From contig OZ059894.1 of assembly GCA_964057225.1 (NCBI GenBank), forward strand, positions 4,650,001-4,714,000: DNA of 64,000 bases, in the 5' to 3' direction. The notes below the pieces were generated by a model. The model saw only the letters and a program-made list of their open reading frames with translations. It made no database searches and had not been told where the DNA came from. The DNA comes from Auanema rhodensis (taxonomy: Eukaryota > Animalia > Nematoda). This document shows positions 36,833 to 51,570 of the stretch, in pieces. Positions within the stretch are counted from its first letter, which is position 1. Each line of letters starts with the position of its first letter. Position numbers and translations under genes: made by a program.

Positions 36833-39800
36833 CTCGTTGAATAACATTGTCCATCGTTTTTGCCTTGAAAAAAGGAATCTAAAAACATCTACTTTTTGCT
36901 AAATTATTTTGAAATTTTCCGAAAAAATTTTTGTCAAAATGTTTTTGGAAGCAATGTTGAGTGTACATGGAAACTCAACATACACTAATGCATCATTTTT
37001 CAAACGATCATAACTAATTTTTGTATTAAGCGTTTTTCAATGTAGTATAGTGCATTCGATGCGGATTTTTGAGCTGCGTCGATCTGTGTTATCAGATTTG
37101 CGCTAGCTTAAAAATGCACCGAGATATCAACTGATATAAGTTCACACTTATATCCTCGATTTTCACCCTGAAGAATTAATTTTTTCGTTGAATAACATTG
37201 TCTATCGTCTTTGCCTTGAGAAATGGAATCTAAAAACATCTACTTTTTGCTAAATTATTTTGAAATTTTTCGAAAAAATTTTTGTCAAAATGTTTTTGGA
37301 AGCAATGTTGAGTGTACATGGAAACTCAACATACACTAATGCATCATTTTTCAAACGATCATAACTAATTTTTGTATTAAGCGTTTCTCAATGTAGTATA
37401 GTGCATTCGATCCGGATTTTTAAGCTGCGTCGATCTGTGTTATCAGATTAGCGCTAGCTTAAAAATGCACCGAGATATCAACTGATATAAGTTCACACTT
37501 ATATCCTCGATTTTCACCCTGAAGAATTAATTTTTTCGTTGAATAACAATGTCTATCGTCTTTGCCTTGAGAAATGGAATCTAAAAACATCTACTTTTTG
37601 CTAAATTATTTTGAAATTTTTCGAAAAAATTTTTGTCAAAATGTTTTTGGAAGCAATGTTGAGTGTACATGGAAACTCAACATACACTAATGCATCATTT
37701 TTCAAACGATCATAACTAATTTTTGTATCAAGCGTTTTTCAATCTAGTATAGTGCATTCGATCCGGATTTTTAAGCTGCGTCGATCTGTGTTATCAGATT
37801 AGCGCTAGCTTAAAAATGCACCGAGATATCAACTGATATAAGTTCACACTTATATCCTCGATTTTCACCCTGAAGAATTAATTTTTTCGTTGAATAACAA
37901 TGTCTATCGTCTTTGCCTTGAGAAATGGAATCTAAAAACATCTACTTTTTGCTAAATTATTTTGAAATTTTTCGAAAAAATTTTTGTCAAAATGTTTTTG
38001 GAAGCAATGTTGAGTGTACATGGAAACTCAACATACACTAATGCATCATTTTTCAAACGATCATAACTAATTTTTGTATTAAGCGTTTTTCAATGTAGTA
38101 TAGTGCATTCGATGCGGATTTTTAAGCTGCGTCGATCTGTGTTATCAGATTTATTCTAGCTTAAAAATGCACCGAGATATCAACTGATATAAGTTCACAC
38201 TTATATCCTCGATTTTCATCCTGAAGAATTAATTTTTTCGTTGAATAACATTGTCCATCGTCTTTGCCTTGAAAAATCGAATCTAAAAACATCTACTTTT
38301 TGCTAAATTATTTTGAAATTTTCCGAAAAAATTTTTGTCAAAATGTTTTTGGAAGCAATGTTGAGTGTACATGGAAACTCAACATACACTAATGCATCAT
38401 TTTTCAAACGATCATAACTAATTTTTGTATCAAGCGTTTTTCAATCTAGTATAGTGCATTCGATCCGGATTTTTAAGCTGCGTCGATCTGTGTTATCAGA
38501 TTAGCGCTAGCTTAAAAATGCACCGAGATATCAACTGATATAAGTTCACACTTATATCCTCGATTTTCACCCTGAAGAATTAATTTTTTCGTTGAATAAC
38601 AATGTCTATCGTCTTTGCCTTGAGAAATGGAATCTAAAAACATCTACTTTTTGCTAAATTATTTTGAAATTTTTCGAAAAAATTTTTGTCAAAATGTTTT
38701 TGGAAGCAATGTTGAGTGTACATGGAAACTCAACATACACTAATGCATCATTTTTCAAACGATCATAACTAATTTTTGTATCAAGCGTTTTTCAATGTAG
38801 TATAGTGCATTCGATGCGGATTTTTAAGCTGCGTCGATCTGTGTTATCAGATTTGCGCTAGCTTAAAAATGCACCGAGATATCAACTGATATAAGTTCAC
38901 ACTTATATCCTCGATTTTCACCCTGAAGAATTAATTTTCTCGTTGAATAACATTGTCCATCGTTTTTGCCTTGAAAAAAGGAATCTAAAAACATCTACTT
39001 TTTGCTAAATTATTTTGAAATTTTCCGAAAAAATTTTTGTCAAAATGTTTTTGGAAGCAATGTTGAGTGTACATGGAAACTCAACATACACTAATGCATC
39101 ATTTTTCAAACGATCATAACTAATTTTTGTATTAAGCGTTTTTCAATGTAGTATAGTGCATTCGATGCGGATTTTTGAGCTGCGTCGATCTGTGTTATCA
39201 GATTTGCGCTAGCTTAAAAATGCACCGAGATATCAACTGATATAAGTTCACACTTATATCCTCGATTTTCACCCTGAAGAATTAATTTTTTCGTTGAATA
39301 ACATTGTCTATCGTCTTTGCCTTGAGAAATGGAATCTAAAAACATCTACTTTTTGCTAAATTATTTTGAAATTTTTCGAAAAAATTTTTGTCAAAATGTT
39401 TTTGGAAGCAATGTTGAGTGTACATGGAAACTCAACATACACTAATGCATCATTTTTCAAACGATCATAACTAATTTTTGTATTAAGCGTTTCTCAATGT
39501 AGTATAGTGCATTCGATCCGGATTTTTAAGCTGCGTCGATCTGTGTTATCAGATTAGCGCTAGCTTAAAAATGCACCGAGATATCAACTGATATAAGTTC
39601 ACACTTATATCCTCGATTTTCACCCTGAAGAATTAATTTTTTCGTTGAATAACAATGTCTATCGTCTTTGCCTTGAGAAATGGAATCTAAAAACATCTAC
39701 TTTTTGCTAAATTATTTTGAAATTTTTCGAAAAAATTTTTGTCAAAATGTTTTTGGAAGCAATGTTGAGTGTACATGGAAACTCAACATACACTAATGCA

Positions 39801-40693
39801 TCATTTTTCAAACGATCATAACTAATTTTTGTATCAAGCGTTTTTCAATCTAGTATAGTGCATTCGATCCGGATTTTTAAGCTGCGTCGATCTGTGTTAT
39901 CAGATTAGCGCTAGCTTAAAAATGCACCGAGATATCAACTGATATAAGTTCACACTTATATCCTCGATTTTCACCCTGAAGAATTAATTTTTTCGTTGAA
40001 TAACAATGTCTATCGTCTTTGCCTTGAGAAATGGAATCTAAAAACATCTACTTTTTGCTAAATTATTTTGAAATTTTTCGAAAAAATTTTTGTCAAAATG
40101 TTTTTGGAAGCAATGTTGAGTGTACATGGAAACTCAACATACACTAATGCATCATTTTTCAAACGATCATAACTAATTTTTGTATTAAGCGTTTTTCAAT
40201 GTAGTATAGTGCATTCGATGCGGATTTTTAAGCTGCGTCGATCTGTGTTATCAGATTTATTCTAGCTTAAAAATGCACCGAGATATCAACTGATATAAGT
40301 TCACACTTATATCCTCGATTTTCATCCTGAAGAATTAATTTTTTCGTTGAATAACATTGTCCATCGTCTTTGCCTTGAAAAATCGAATCTAAAAACATCT
40401 ACTTTTTGCTAAATTATTTTGAAATTTTCCGAAAAAATTTTTGTCAAAATGTTTTTGGAAGCAATGTTGAGTGTACATGGAAACTCAACATACACTAATG
40501 CATCATTTTTCAAACGATCATAACTAATTTTTGTATCAAGCGTTTTTCATTGTAGTATAGTGCATTCGATGCGGATTTTTAAGCTGCGTCGATCTGTGTT
40601 ATCAGATTTGCGCTAGCTTAAAAATGCACCGAGATATCAACTGATATAAGTTCACACTTATATCCTCGATTTTCACCCTGAAGAATTAATTTT
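36833..40693. repeat. Local duplication with a 6-monomer period (2106 bp)
   Basis: The private variant GATTTATTCTAG occurs only near 38151 and 40257, 2106 bp apart. Flanking monomer types match in order (36833 vs 38939 onward). Confidence 0.85.
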
Positions 40694-43600
40694 CTCGTTG
40701 AATAACATTGTCCATCGTTTTTGCCTTGAAAAAAGGAATCTAAAAACATCTACTTTTTGCTAAATTATTTTGAAATTTTCCGAAAAAATTTTTGTCAAAA
40801 TGTTTTTGGAAGCAATGTTGAGTGTACATGGAAACTCAACATACACTAATGCATCATTTTTCAAACGATCATAACTAATTTTTGTATTAAGCGTTTTTCA
40901 ATGTAGTATAGTGCATTCGATGCGGATTTTTAAGCTGCGTCGATCTGTGTTATCAGCTTTGCGCTAGCTTAAAAATGCACCGAGATATCAACTGATATAA
41001 GTTCACACTTATATCCTCGATTTTCACCCTGAAGAATTAATTTTTTCGTTGAATAACAATGTCTATCGTCTTTGCCTTGAGAAATGGAATCTAAAAACAT
41101 CTACTTTTTGCTAAATTATTTTGAAATTTTTCGAAAAAATTTTTGTCAAAATGTTTTTGGAAGCAATGTTGAGTGTACATGGAAACTCAACATACACTAA
41201 TGCATCATTTTTCAAACGATCATAACTAATTTTTGTATCAAGCGTTTTTCAATCTAGTATAGTGCATTCGATCCGGATTTTTAAGCTGCGTCGATCTGTG
41301 TTATCAGATTAGCGCTAGCTTAAAAATGCACCGAGATATCAACTGATATAAGTTCACACTTATATCCTCGATTTTCACCCTGAAGAATTAATTTTTTCGT
41401 TGAATAACAATGTCTATCGTCTTTGCCTTGAGAAATGGAATCTAAAAACATCTACTTTTTGCTAAATTATTTTGAAATTTTTCGAAAAAATTTTTGTCAA
41501 AATGTTTTTGGAAGCAATGTTGAGTGTACATGGAAACTCAACATACACTAATGCATCATTTTTCAAACGATCATAACTAATTTTTGTATCAAGCGTTTTT
41601 CAATGTAGTATAGTGCATTCGATGCGGATTTTTAAGCTGCGTCGATCTGTGTTATCAGATTTGCGCTAGCTTAAAAATGCACCGAGATATCAACTGATAC
41701 AAGTTCACACTTATATCCTCGATTTTCACCCTGAAGAAATAATTTTTTCGTTGAATAACATTGTCCATCGTCTTTGCCTTGAAAAAAGGATTCTACAAAC
41801 ATCTACTTTTTGCTAAATTATTTTGAAATTTTTCGAAAAAATTTTTGTCAAAATGTTTTTGGAAGCAATGTTGAGTGTACATGGAAACTCAACATACACT
41901 AATGCATCATTTTTCAAACGATCATAACTAATTTTTGTATTAAGCGTTTTTCAATGTAGTATAGTGCATTCGATGCGGATTTTTAAGCTGCGTCGATCTG
42001 TGTTATCAGATTTGCTCTAGCTTAAAAATGCACCGAGATATCAACTGATATAAGTTCACACTTATATCCTCGATTTTCATCCTGAAGAATTAATATTTTC
42101 GTTGAATAACATTGTCCATCGTCTTTGCCTTGAAAAATCGAATCTAAAAACATCTACTTTTTGCTAAATTATTTTGAAATTTTCCGAAAAAATTTTTGTC
42201 AAAATGTTTTTGGAAGCAATGTTGAGTGTACATGGAAACTCAACATACACTAATGCATCATTTTTCAAACGATCATAACTAATTTTTGTATTAAGCGTTT
42301 TTCAATGTAGTATAGTGCATTCGATGCGGATTTTTAAGCTGCGTCGATCTGTGTTATCAGATTTGCGCTAGCTTAAAAATGCACCGAGATATCAACTGAT
42401 ATAAGTTCACACTTATATCCTCGATTTTCACCCTGAAGAATTAATTTTTTCGTTGAATAACATTGTCTATCGTCTTTGCCTTGAAAAATGGAATCTAAAA
42501 ACATCTACTTTTTGCTAAATTATTTTGAAATTTTTCGAAAAAATTTTTGTCAAAATGTTTTTGGAAGCAATGTTGAGTGTACATGGAAACTCAACATACA
42601 CTATTGCATCATTTTTCTAACGATCATAACTAATTTTTGTATTAAGCGTTTTTCAATGTAGTATAGTGCATTCGATGCGGATTTTTAAGCTGCGTCGATC
42701 TGTGTTATCAGATTTGCGCTAGCTTAAAAATGCACCGAGATATCAACTGATATAAGTTCACACTTATATCCTCGATTTTCACCCTGAAGAATTAATTTTT
42801 TCGTTGAATAACATTGTCTATCGTCTTTGCCTTGAAAAATGGAATCTAAAAACATCTACTTTTTGCTAAATTATTTTGAAATTTTTCGAAAAAATTTTTG
42901 TCAAAATGTTTTTGGAAGCAATGTTGAGTGTACATGGAAACTCAACATACACTATTGCATCATTTTTCTAACGATCATAACTAATTTTTGTATTAAGCTT
43001 TTCTCAATGTAGTATAGTGCATTCGATGCGGATTTTTAAGCTGCGTCGATCTGTGTTATCAGATTTGCGCTAGCTTAAAAATGCACCGAGATATCAACTG
43101 ATATAAGTTCACACTTATATCCTCGATTTTCACCCTGAAGAATTAATTTTCTCGTTGAATAACATTGTCCATCGTCTTTGCCTTGAAAAAAGGAATCTAA
43201 AAACATCTACTTTTTGCTAAATTATTTTGAAATTTTTCGAAAAAAGTTTTGTCAAAATGTTTTTGGAAGCAATGTTGAGTGTACATGGAAACTCAACATA
43301 CACTAATGCATCATTTTTCAAACGATCATAACTAATTTTTGTATTAAGCTTTTCTCAATGTAGTATAGTGCATTCGATGCGGATTTTTAAGCTGCGTCGA
43401 TCTGTGTTATCAGATTTGCGCTAGCTTAAAAATGCACCGAGATATCAACTGATATAAGTTCACACTTATATCCTCGATTTTCACCCTGAAGAATTAATTT
43501 TTTCGTTGAATAACATTGTCTATCGTCTTTGCCTTGAAAAATGGAATCTAAAAACATCTACTTTCTGCTAAATTATTTTGAAATTTTTCGAAAAAATTTT

Positions 43601-46600
43601 TGTCAAAATGTTTTTGGAAGCAATGTTGAGTGTACATGGAAACTCAACATACACTAATGCATCATTTTTCTAACGATCATAACTAATTTTTGTATTAAGC
43701 TTTTCTCAATGTAGTATAGTGCATTCGATGCGGATTTTTAAGCTGCGTCGATCTGTGTTATCAGATTTGCGCTAGCTTAAAAATGCACCGAGATATCAAC
43801 TGATATAAGTTCACACTTATATCCTCGATTTTCACCCTGAAGAATTAATTTTCTCGTTGAATAACATTGTCCATCGTCTTTGCCTTGAAAAATCGAATCT
43901 AAAAACATCTACTTTTTGCTAAATTATTTTGAAATTTTCCGAAAAAATTTTTGTCAAAATGTTTTTGGAAGCAATGTTGAGTGTACATGGAAACTCAACA
44001 TACACTAATGCATCATTTTTCAAACGATCATAACTAATTTTTGTATTAAGCTTTTCTCAATGTAGTATAGTGCATTCGATGCGGATTTTTAAGCTGCGTC
44101 GATCTGTGTTATCAGATTTGCGCTAGCTTAAAAATGCACCGAGATATCAACTGATATAAGTTCACACTTATATCCTCGATTTTCACCCTGAAGAATTAAT
44201 TTTTTCGTTGAATAACATTGTCTATCGTCTTTGCCTTGAAAAATGGAATCTAAAAACATCTACTTTCTGCTAAATTATTTTGAAATTTTTCGAAAAAATT
44301 TTTGTCAAAATGTTTTTGGAAGCAATGTTGAGTGTACATGGAAACTCAACATACACTAATGCATCATTTTTCTAACGATCATAACTAATTTTTGTATTAA
44401 GCTTTTCTCAATGTAGTATAGTGCATTCGATGCGGATTTTTAAGCTGCGTCGATCTGTGTTATCAGATTTGCGCTAGCTTAAAAATGCACCGAGATATCA
44501 ATTGATATAAGTTCACACTTATATCCTCGATTTTCACCCTGAAGAATTAATTTTTTCGTTGAATAACATTGTCTATCGTCTTTGCCTTGAAAAATGGAAT
44601 CTAAAAACATCTACTTTTTGCTAAATTATTTTGAAATTTTTCGAAAAAATTTTTGTCAAAATGTTTTTGGAAGCAATGTTGAGTGTACATGGAAACTCAA
44701 CATACACTATTGCATCATTTTTCTAACGATCATAACTAATTTTTGTATTAAGCTTTTCTCAATGTAGTATAGTGCATTCGATGCGGATTTTTAAGCTGCG
44801 TCGATCTGTGTTATCAGATTTGCGCTAGCTTAAAAATGCACCGAGATATCAACTGATATAAGTTCACACTTATATCCTCGATTTTCACCCTGAAGAATTA
44901 ATTTTCTCGTTGAATAACATTGTCCATCGTCTTTGCCTTGAAAAAAGGAATCTAAAAACATCTACTTTTTGCTAAATTATTTTGAAATTTTCCGAAAAAA
45001 TTTTTGTCAAAATGTTTTTGGAAGCAATGTTGAGTGTACATGGAAACTCAACATACACTAATGCATCATTTTTCAAACGATCATAACTAATTTTTGTATT
45101 AAGCGTTTTTCAATGTAGTGTAGTGCATTCGATGCGGATTTTTAAGCTGCGTCGATCTGTGTTATCAGATTTGCTCTAGCTTAAAAATGCACCGAGATAT
45201 CAACTGATATAAGTTCACACTTATATCCTCGATTTTCATCCTGAAGAATTAATTTTTTCGTTGAATAACATTGTCCATCGTCTTTGCCTTGAAAAATCAA
45301 ATCTAAGAACATCTACTTTTCGCTAAATTATTTTGAAATTTTTCGAAAAAATTTTTGTCAAAATGTTTTTGGAAGCAATGTTGAGTGTACATGGAAACTC
45401 AACATACACTAATGCATCATTTTTCAAACGATCATAACTAATTTTTTTATCAAGCGTTTTTTAATGTAGTATAGTGCATTCGATGCGGATTTTTAAGCTG
45501 CGTCGATCTGTGTTATCAGATTTGCGCTAGCTTAAAAATGCACCGAGATATCAACTGATATAAGTTCACACTTATATCCTCGATTTTCACCCTGAAGAAT
45601 TAATTTTCTCGTTGAATAACATTGTCCATCGTCTTTGCCTTGAAAAAAGGAATCTAAAAACATCTACTTTTTGCTAAATTATTTTGAAATTTTTCGAAAA
45701 AAGTTTTGTCAAAATGTTTTTGGAAGCAATGTTGAGTGTACATGGAAACTCAACATACACTAATGCATCATTTTTCAAACGATCATAACTAATTTTTGTA
45801 TTAAGCTTTTCTCAATGTAGTATAGTGCATTCGATGCGGATTTTTAAGCTGCGTCGATCTGTGTTATCAGATTTGCGCTAGCTTAAAAATGCACCGAGAT
45901 ATCAACTGATATAAGTTCACACTTATATCCTCGATTTTCACCCTGAAGAATTAATTTTTTCGTTGAATAACATTGTCTATCGTCTTTGCCTTGAAAAATG
46001 GAATCTAAAAACATCTACTTTCTGCTAAATTATTTTGAAATTTTTCGAAAAAATTTTTGTCAAAATGTTTTTGGAAGCAATGTTGAGTGTACATGGAAAC
46101 TCAACATACACTAATGCATCATTTTTATAACGATCATAACTAATTTTTGTATTAAGCTTTTCTCAATGTAGTATAGTGCATTCGATGCGGATTTTTAAGC
46201 TGCGTCGATCTGTGTTATCAGATTTGCGCTAGCTTAAAAATGCACCGAGATATCAACTGATATAAGTTCACACTTATATCCTCGATTTTCACCCTGAAGA
46301 ATTAATTTTTTCGTTGAATAACATTGTCTATCGTCTTTGCCTTGAAAAATGGAATCTAAAAACATCTACTTTCTGCTAAATTATTTTGAAATTTTTCGAA
46401 AAAATTTTTGTCAAAATGTTTTTGGAAGCAATGTTGAGTGTACATGGAAACTCAACATACACTAATGCATCATTTTTCTAACGATCATAACTAATTTTTG
46501 TATTAAGCTTTTCTCAATGTAGTATAGTGCATTCGATGCGGATTTTTAAGCTGCGTCGATCTGTGTTATCAGATTTGCGCTAGCTTAAAAATGCACCGAG

Positions 46601-46660
46601 ATATCAACTGATATAAGTTCACACTTATATCCTCGATTTTCACCCTGAAGAATTAATTTT

Positions 46661-49600
46661 CTCGTTGAATAACATTGTCCATCGTCTTTGCCTTGAAAAA
46701 AGGAATCTAAAAACATCTACTTTTTGCTAAATTATTTTGAAATTTTCCGAAAAAATTTTTGTCAAAATGTTTTGGAAGCAATGTTGAGTGTACATGGAAA
46801 CTCAACATACACTAATGCATCATTTTTCAAACGATCATAACTAATTTTTGTATTAAGCGTTTTTCAATGTAATATAGTGCATTCGATGCGGATTTTTAAG
46901 CTGCGTCGATCTGTGTTATCAGATTTGCGCTAGCTTAAAAATGCACCGAGATATCAACTGATATAAGTTCACACTTATATCCTCGATTTTCATCCTGAAG
47001 AATTAATTTTTTCGTTGAATAACATTGTCCATCGTCTTTGCCTTGAAAAATCGAATCTAAAAACATCTACTTTTCGCTAAATTATTTTGAAATTTTTCGA
47101 AAAAATTTTTGTCAAAATGTTTTTGGAAGCAATGTTGAGTGTACATGGAAACTCAACATACACTAATGCATCATTTTTCAAACGATCATAACTAATTTTT
47201 GTATCAAGCGTTTTTCAATGTAGTATAGTGCTTTCGATGCGGATTTTTAAGCTGCGTCGATCTGTGTTATCAGATTTGCGCTAGCTTAAAAATGCACCGA
47301 GATATCAACTGATATAAGTTCACACTTATATCCTCGATTTTCACCCTGAAGAATTAATTTTCTCGTTGAATAACATTGTCCATCGTTTTTGCCTTGAAAA
47401 AAGGAATCTAAAAACATCTACTTTTTGCTAAATTATTTTGAAATTTTCCGAAAAAATTTTTGTCAAAATGTTTTTGGAAGCAATGTTGAGTGTACATGGA
47501 AACTCAACATACACTAATGCATCATTTTTCAAACGATCATAACTAATTTTTGTATTAAGCGTTTTTCAATGTAGTATAGTGCATTCGATGCGGATTTTTA
47601 AGCTGCGTCGATCTGTGTTATCAGATTTGCGCTAGCTTAAAAATGCACCGAGATATCAACTGATATAAGTTCACACTTATATCCTCGATTTTCATCCTGA
47701 AGAATTAATTTTTTCGTTGAATAACATTGTCCATCGTCTTTGCCTTGAAAAATCAAATCTAAAAACATCTACTTTTCGCTAAATTATTTTGAAATTTTTC
47801 GAAAAAATTTTTGTCAAAATGTTTTTGGAAGCAATGTTGAGTGTACATGGAAACTCAACATACACTAATGCATCATTTTTCAAACGATCATAACTAATTT
47901 TTGTATCAAGCGTTTTTCAATGTAGTATAGTGCATTCGATGCGGATTTTTAAGCTGCGTCGATCTGTGTTATCAGATTTGCGCTAGCTTAAAAATGCACC
48001 GAGATATCAACTGATATAAGTTCACACTTATATCCTCGATTTTCACCCTGAAGAATTAATTTTCTCGTTGAATAACATTGTCCATCGTCTTTGCCTTGAA
48101 AAAAGGAATCTAAAAACATCTACTTTTTGCTAAATTATTTTGAAATTTTCCGAAAAAATTTTTGTCAAAATGTTTTGGAAGCAATGTTGAGTGTACATGG
48201 AAACTCAACATACACTAATGCATCATTTTTCAAACGATCATAACTAATTTTTGTATTAAGCGTTTTTCAATGTAGTATAGTGCATTCGATGCGGATTTTT
48301 AAGCTGCGTCGATCTGTGTTATCAGATTTGCGCTAGCTTAAAAATGCACCGAGATATCAACTGATATAAGTTCACACTTATATCCTCGATTTTCATCCTG
48401 AAGAATTAATTTTTTCGTTGAATAACATTGTCCATCGTCTTTGCCTTGAAAAATCGAATCTAAAAACATCTACTTTTCGCTAAATTATTTTGAAATTTTT
48501 CGAAAAAATTTTTGTCAAAATGTTTTTGGAAGCAATGTTGAGTGTACATGGAAACTCAACATACACTAATGCATCATTTTTCAAACGATCATAACTAATT
48601 TTTGTATCAAGCGTTTTTCAATGTAGTATAGTGCTTTCGATGCGGATTTTTAAGCTGCGTCGATCTGTGTTATCAGATTTGCGCTAGCTTAAAAATGCAC
48701 CGAGATATCAACTGATATAAGTTCACACTTATATCCTCGATTTTCACCCTGAAGAATTAATTTTCTCGTTGAATAACATTGTCCATCGTTTTTGCCTTGA
48801 AAAAAGGAATCTAAAAACATCTACTTTTTGCTAAATTATTTTGAAATTTTCCGAAAAAATTTTTGTCAAAATGTTTTTGGAAGCAATGTTGAGTGTACAT
48901 GGAAACTCAACATACACTAATGCATCATTTTTCTAACGATCATAACTAATTTTTGTATTAAGCTTTTCTCAATGTAGTATAGTGCATTCGATGCGGATTT
49001 TTAAGCTGCGTCGATCTGTGTTATCAGATTTGCGCTAGCTTAAAAATGCACCGAGATATCAACTGATATAAGTTCACACTTATATCCTCGATTTTCACCC
49101 TGAAGAATTAATTTTCTCGTTGAATAACATTGTCCATCGTCTTTGCCTTGAAAAAAGGAATCTAAAAACATCTACTTTTTGCTAAATTATTTTGAAATTT
49201 TCCGAAAAAATTTTTGTCAAAATGTTTTGGAAGCAATGTTGAGTGTACATGGAAACTCAACATACACTAATGCATCATTTTTCAAACGATCATAACTAAT
49301 TTTTGTATTAAGCGTTTTTCAATGTAGTATAGTGCATTCGATGCGGATTTTTAAGCTGCGTCGATCTGTGTTATCAGATTTGCGCTAGCTTAAAAATGCA
49401 CCGAGATATCAACTGATATAAGTTCACACTTATATCCTCGATTTTCATCCTGAAGAATTAATTTTTTCGTTGAATAACATTGTCCATCGTCTTTGCCTTG
49501 AAAAATCGAATCTAAAAACATCTACTTTTCGCTAAATTATTTTGAAATTTTTCGAAAAAATTTTTGTCAAAATGTTTTTGGAAGCAATGTTGAGTGTACA

Positions 49601-51570
49601 TGGAAACTCAACATACACTAATGCATCATTTTTCAAACGATCATAACTAATTTTTGTATCAAGCGTTTTTCAATGTAGTATAGTGCTTTCGATGCGGATT
49701 TTTAAGCTGCGTCGATCTGTGTTATCAGATTTGCGCTAGCTTAAAAATGCACCGAGATATCAACTGATATAAGTTCACACTTATATCCTCGATTTTCACC
49801 CTGAAGAATTAATTTTCTCGTTGAATAACATTGTCCATCGTTTTTGCCTTGAAAAAAGGAATCTAAAAACATCTACTTTTTGCTAAATTATTTTGAAATT
49901 TTCCGAAAAAATTTTTGTCAAAATGTTTTTGGAAGCAATGTTGAGTGTACATGGAAACTCAACATACACTAATGCATCATTTTTCAAACGATCATAACTA
50001 ATTTTTGTATTAAGCGTTTTTCAATGTAGTATAGTGCATTCGATGCGGATTTTTAAGCTGCGTCGATCTGTGTTATCAGATTTGCGCTAGCTTAAAAATG
50101 CACCGAGATATCAACTGATATAAGTTCACACTTATATCCTCGATTTTCATCCTGAAGAATTAATTTTTTCGTTGAATAACATTGTCCATCGTCTTTGCCT
50201 TGAAAAATCAAATCTAAAAACATCTACTTTTCGCTAAATTATTTTGAAATTTTTCGAAAAAATTTTTGTCAAAATGTTTTTGGAAGCAATGTTGAGTGTA
50301 CATGGAAACTCAACATACACTAATGCATCATTTTTCAAACGATCATAACTAATTTTTGTATCAAGCGTTTTTCAATGTAGTATAGTGCATTCGATGCGGA
50401 TTTTTAAGCTGCGTCGATCTGTGTTATCAGATTTGCGCTAGCTTAAAAATGCACCGAGATATCAACTGATATAAGTTCACACTTATATCCTCGATTTTCA
50501 CCCTGAAGAATTAATTTTCTCGTTGAATAACATTGTCCATCGTCTTTGCCTTGAAAAAAGGAATCTAAAAACATCTACTTTTTGCTAAATTATTTTGAAA
50601 TTTTCCGAAAAAATTTTTGTCAAAATGTTTTGGAAGCAATGTTGAGTGTACATGGAAACTCAACATACACTAATGCATCATTTTTCAAACGATCATAACT
50701 AATTTTTGTATTAAGCGTTTTTCAATGTAGTATAGTGCATTCGATGCGGATTTTTAAGCTGCGTCGATCTGTGTTATCAGATTTGCGCTAGCTTAAAAAT
50801 GCACCGAGATATCAACTGATATAAGTTCACACTTATATCCTCGATTTTCATCCTGAAGAATTAATTTTTTCGTTGAATAACATTGTCCATCGTCTTTGCC
50901 TTGAAAAATCGAATCTAAAAACATCTACTTTTCGCTAAATTATTTTGAAATTTTTCGAAAAAATTTTTGTCAAAATGTTTTTGGAAGCAATGTTGAGTGT
51001 ACATGGAAACTCAACATACACTAATGCATCATTTTTCAAACGATCATAACTAATTTTTGTATCAAGCGTTTTTCAATGTAGTATAGTGCTTTCGATGCGG
51101 ATTTTTAAGCTGCGTCGATCTGTGTTATCAGATTTGCGCTAGCTTAAAAATGCACCGAGATATCAACTGATATAAGTTCACACTTATATTCTCGATTTTC
51201 ACCCTGAAGAATTAATTTTCTCGTTGAATAACATTGTCCATCGTTTTTGCCTTGAAAAAAGGAATCTAAAAACATCTACTTTTTGCTAAATTATTTTGAA
51301 ATTTTCCGAAAAAATTTTTGTCAAAATGTTTTTGGAAGCAATGTTGAGTGTACATGGAAACTCAACATACACTAATGCATCATTTTTCAAACGATCATAA
51401 CTAATTTTTGTATTAAGCGTTTTTCAATGTAGTATAGTGCATTCGATGCGGATTTTTAAGCTGCGTCGATCTGTGTTATCAGATTTGCGCTAGCTTAAAA
51501 ATGCACCGAGATATCAACTGATATAAGTTCACACTTATATCCTCGATTTTCACCCTGAAGAATTAATTTT
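46661..51570. repeat. Nested 7-mer higher-order repeat (2455 bp x2; 4-mer plus 3-mer)
   Basis: The pattern [350 bp ATGTTTTGG]-[GTGCTTTCG]-[CGTTTTTG]-[ATCAAATC]-[350 bp]-[GTGCTTTCG]-[CGTTTTTG] starts at 46661 and 49116. Confidence 0.87.
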
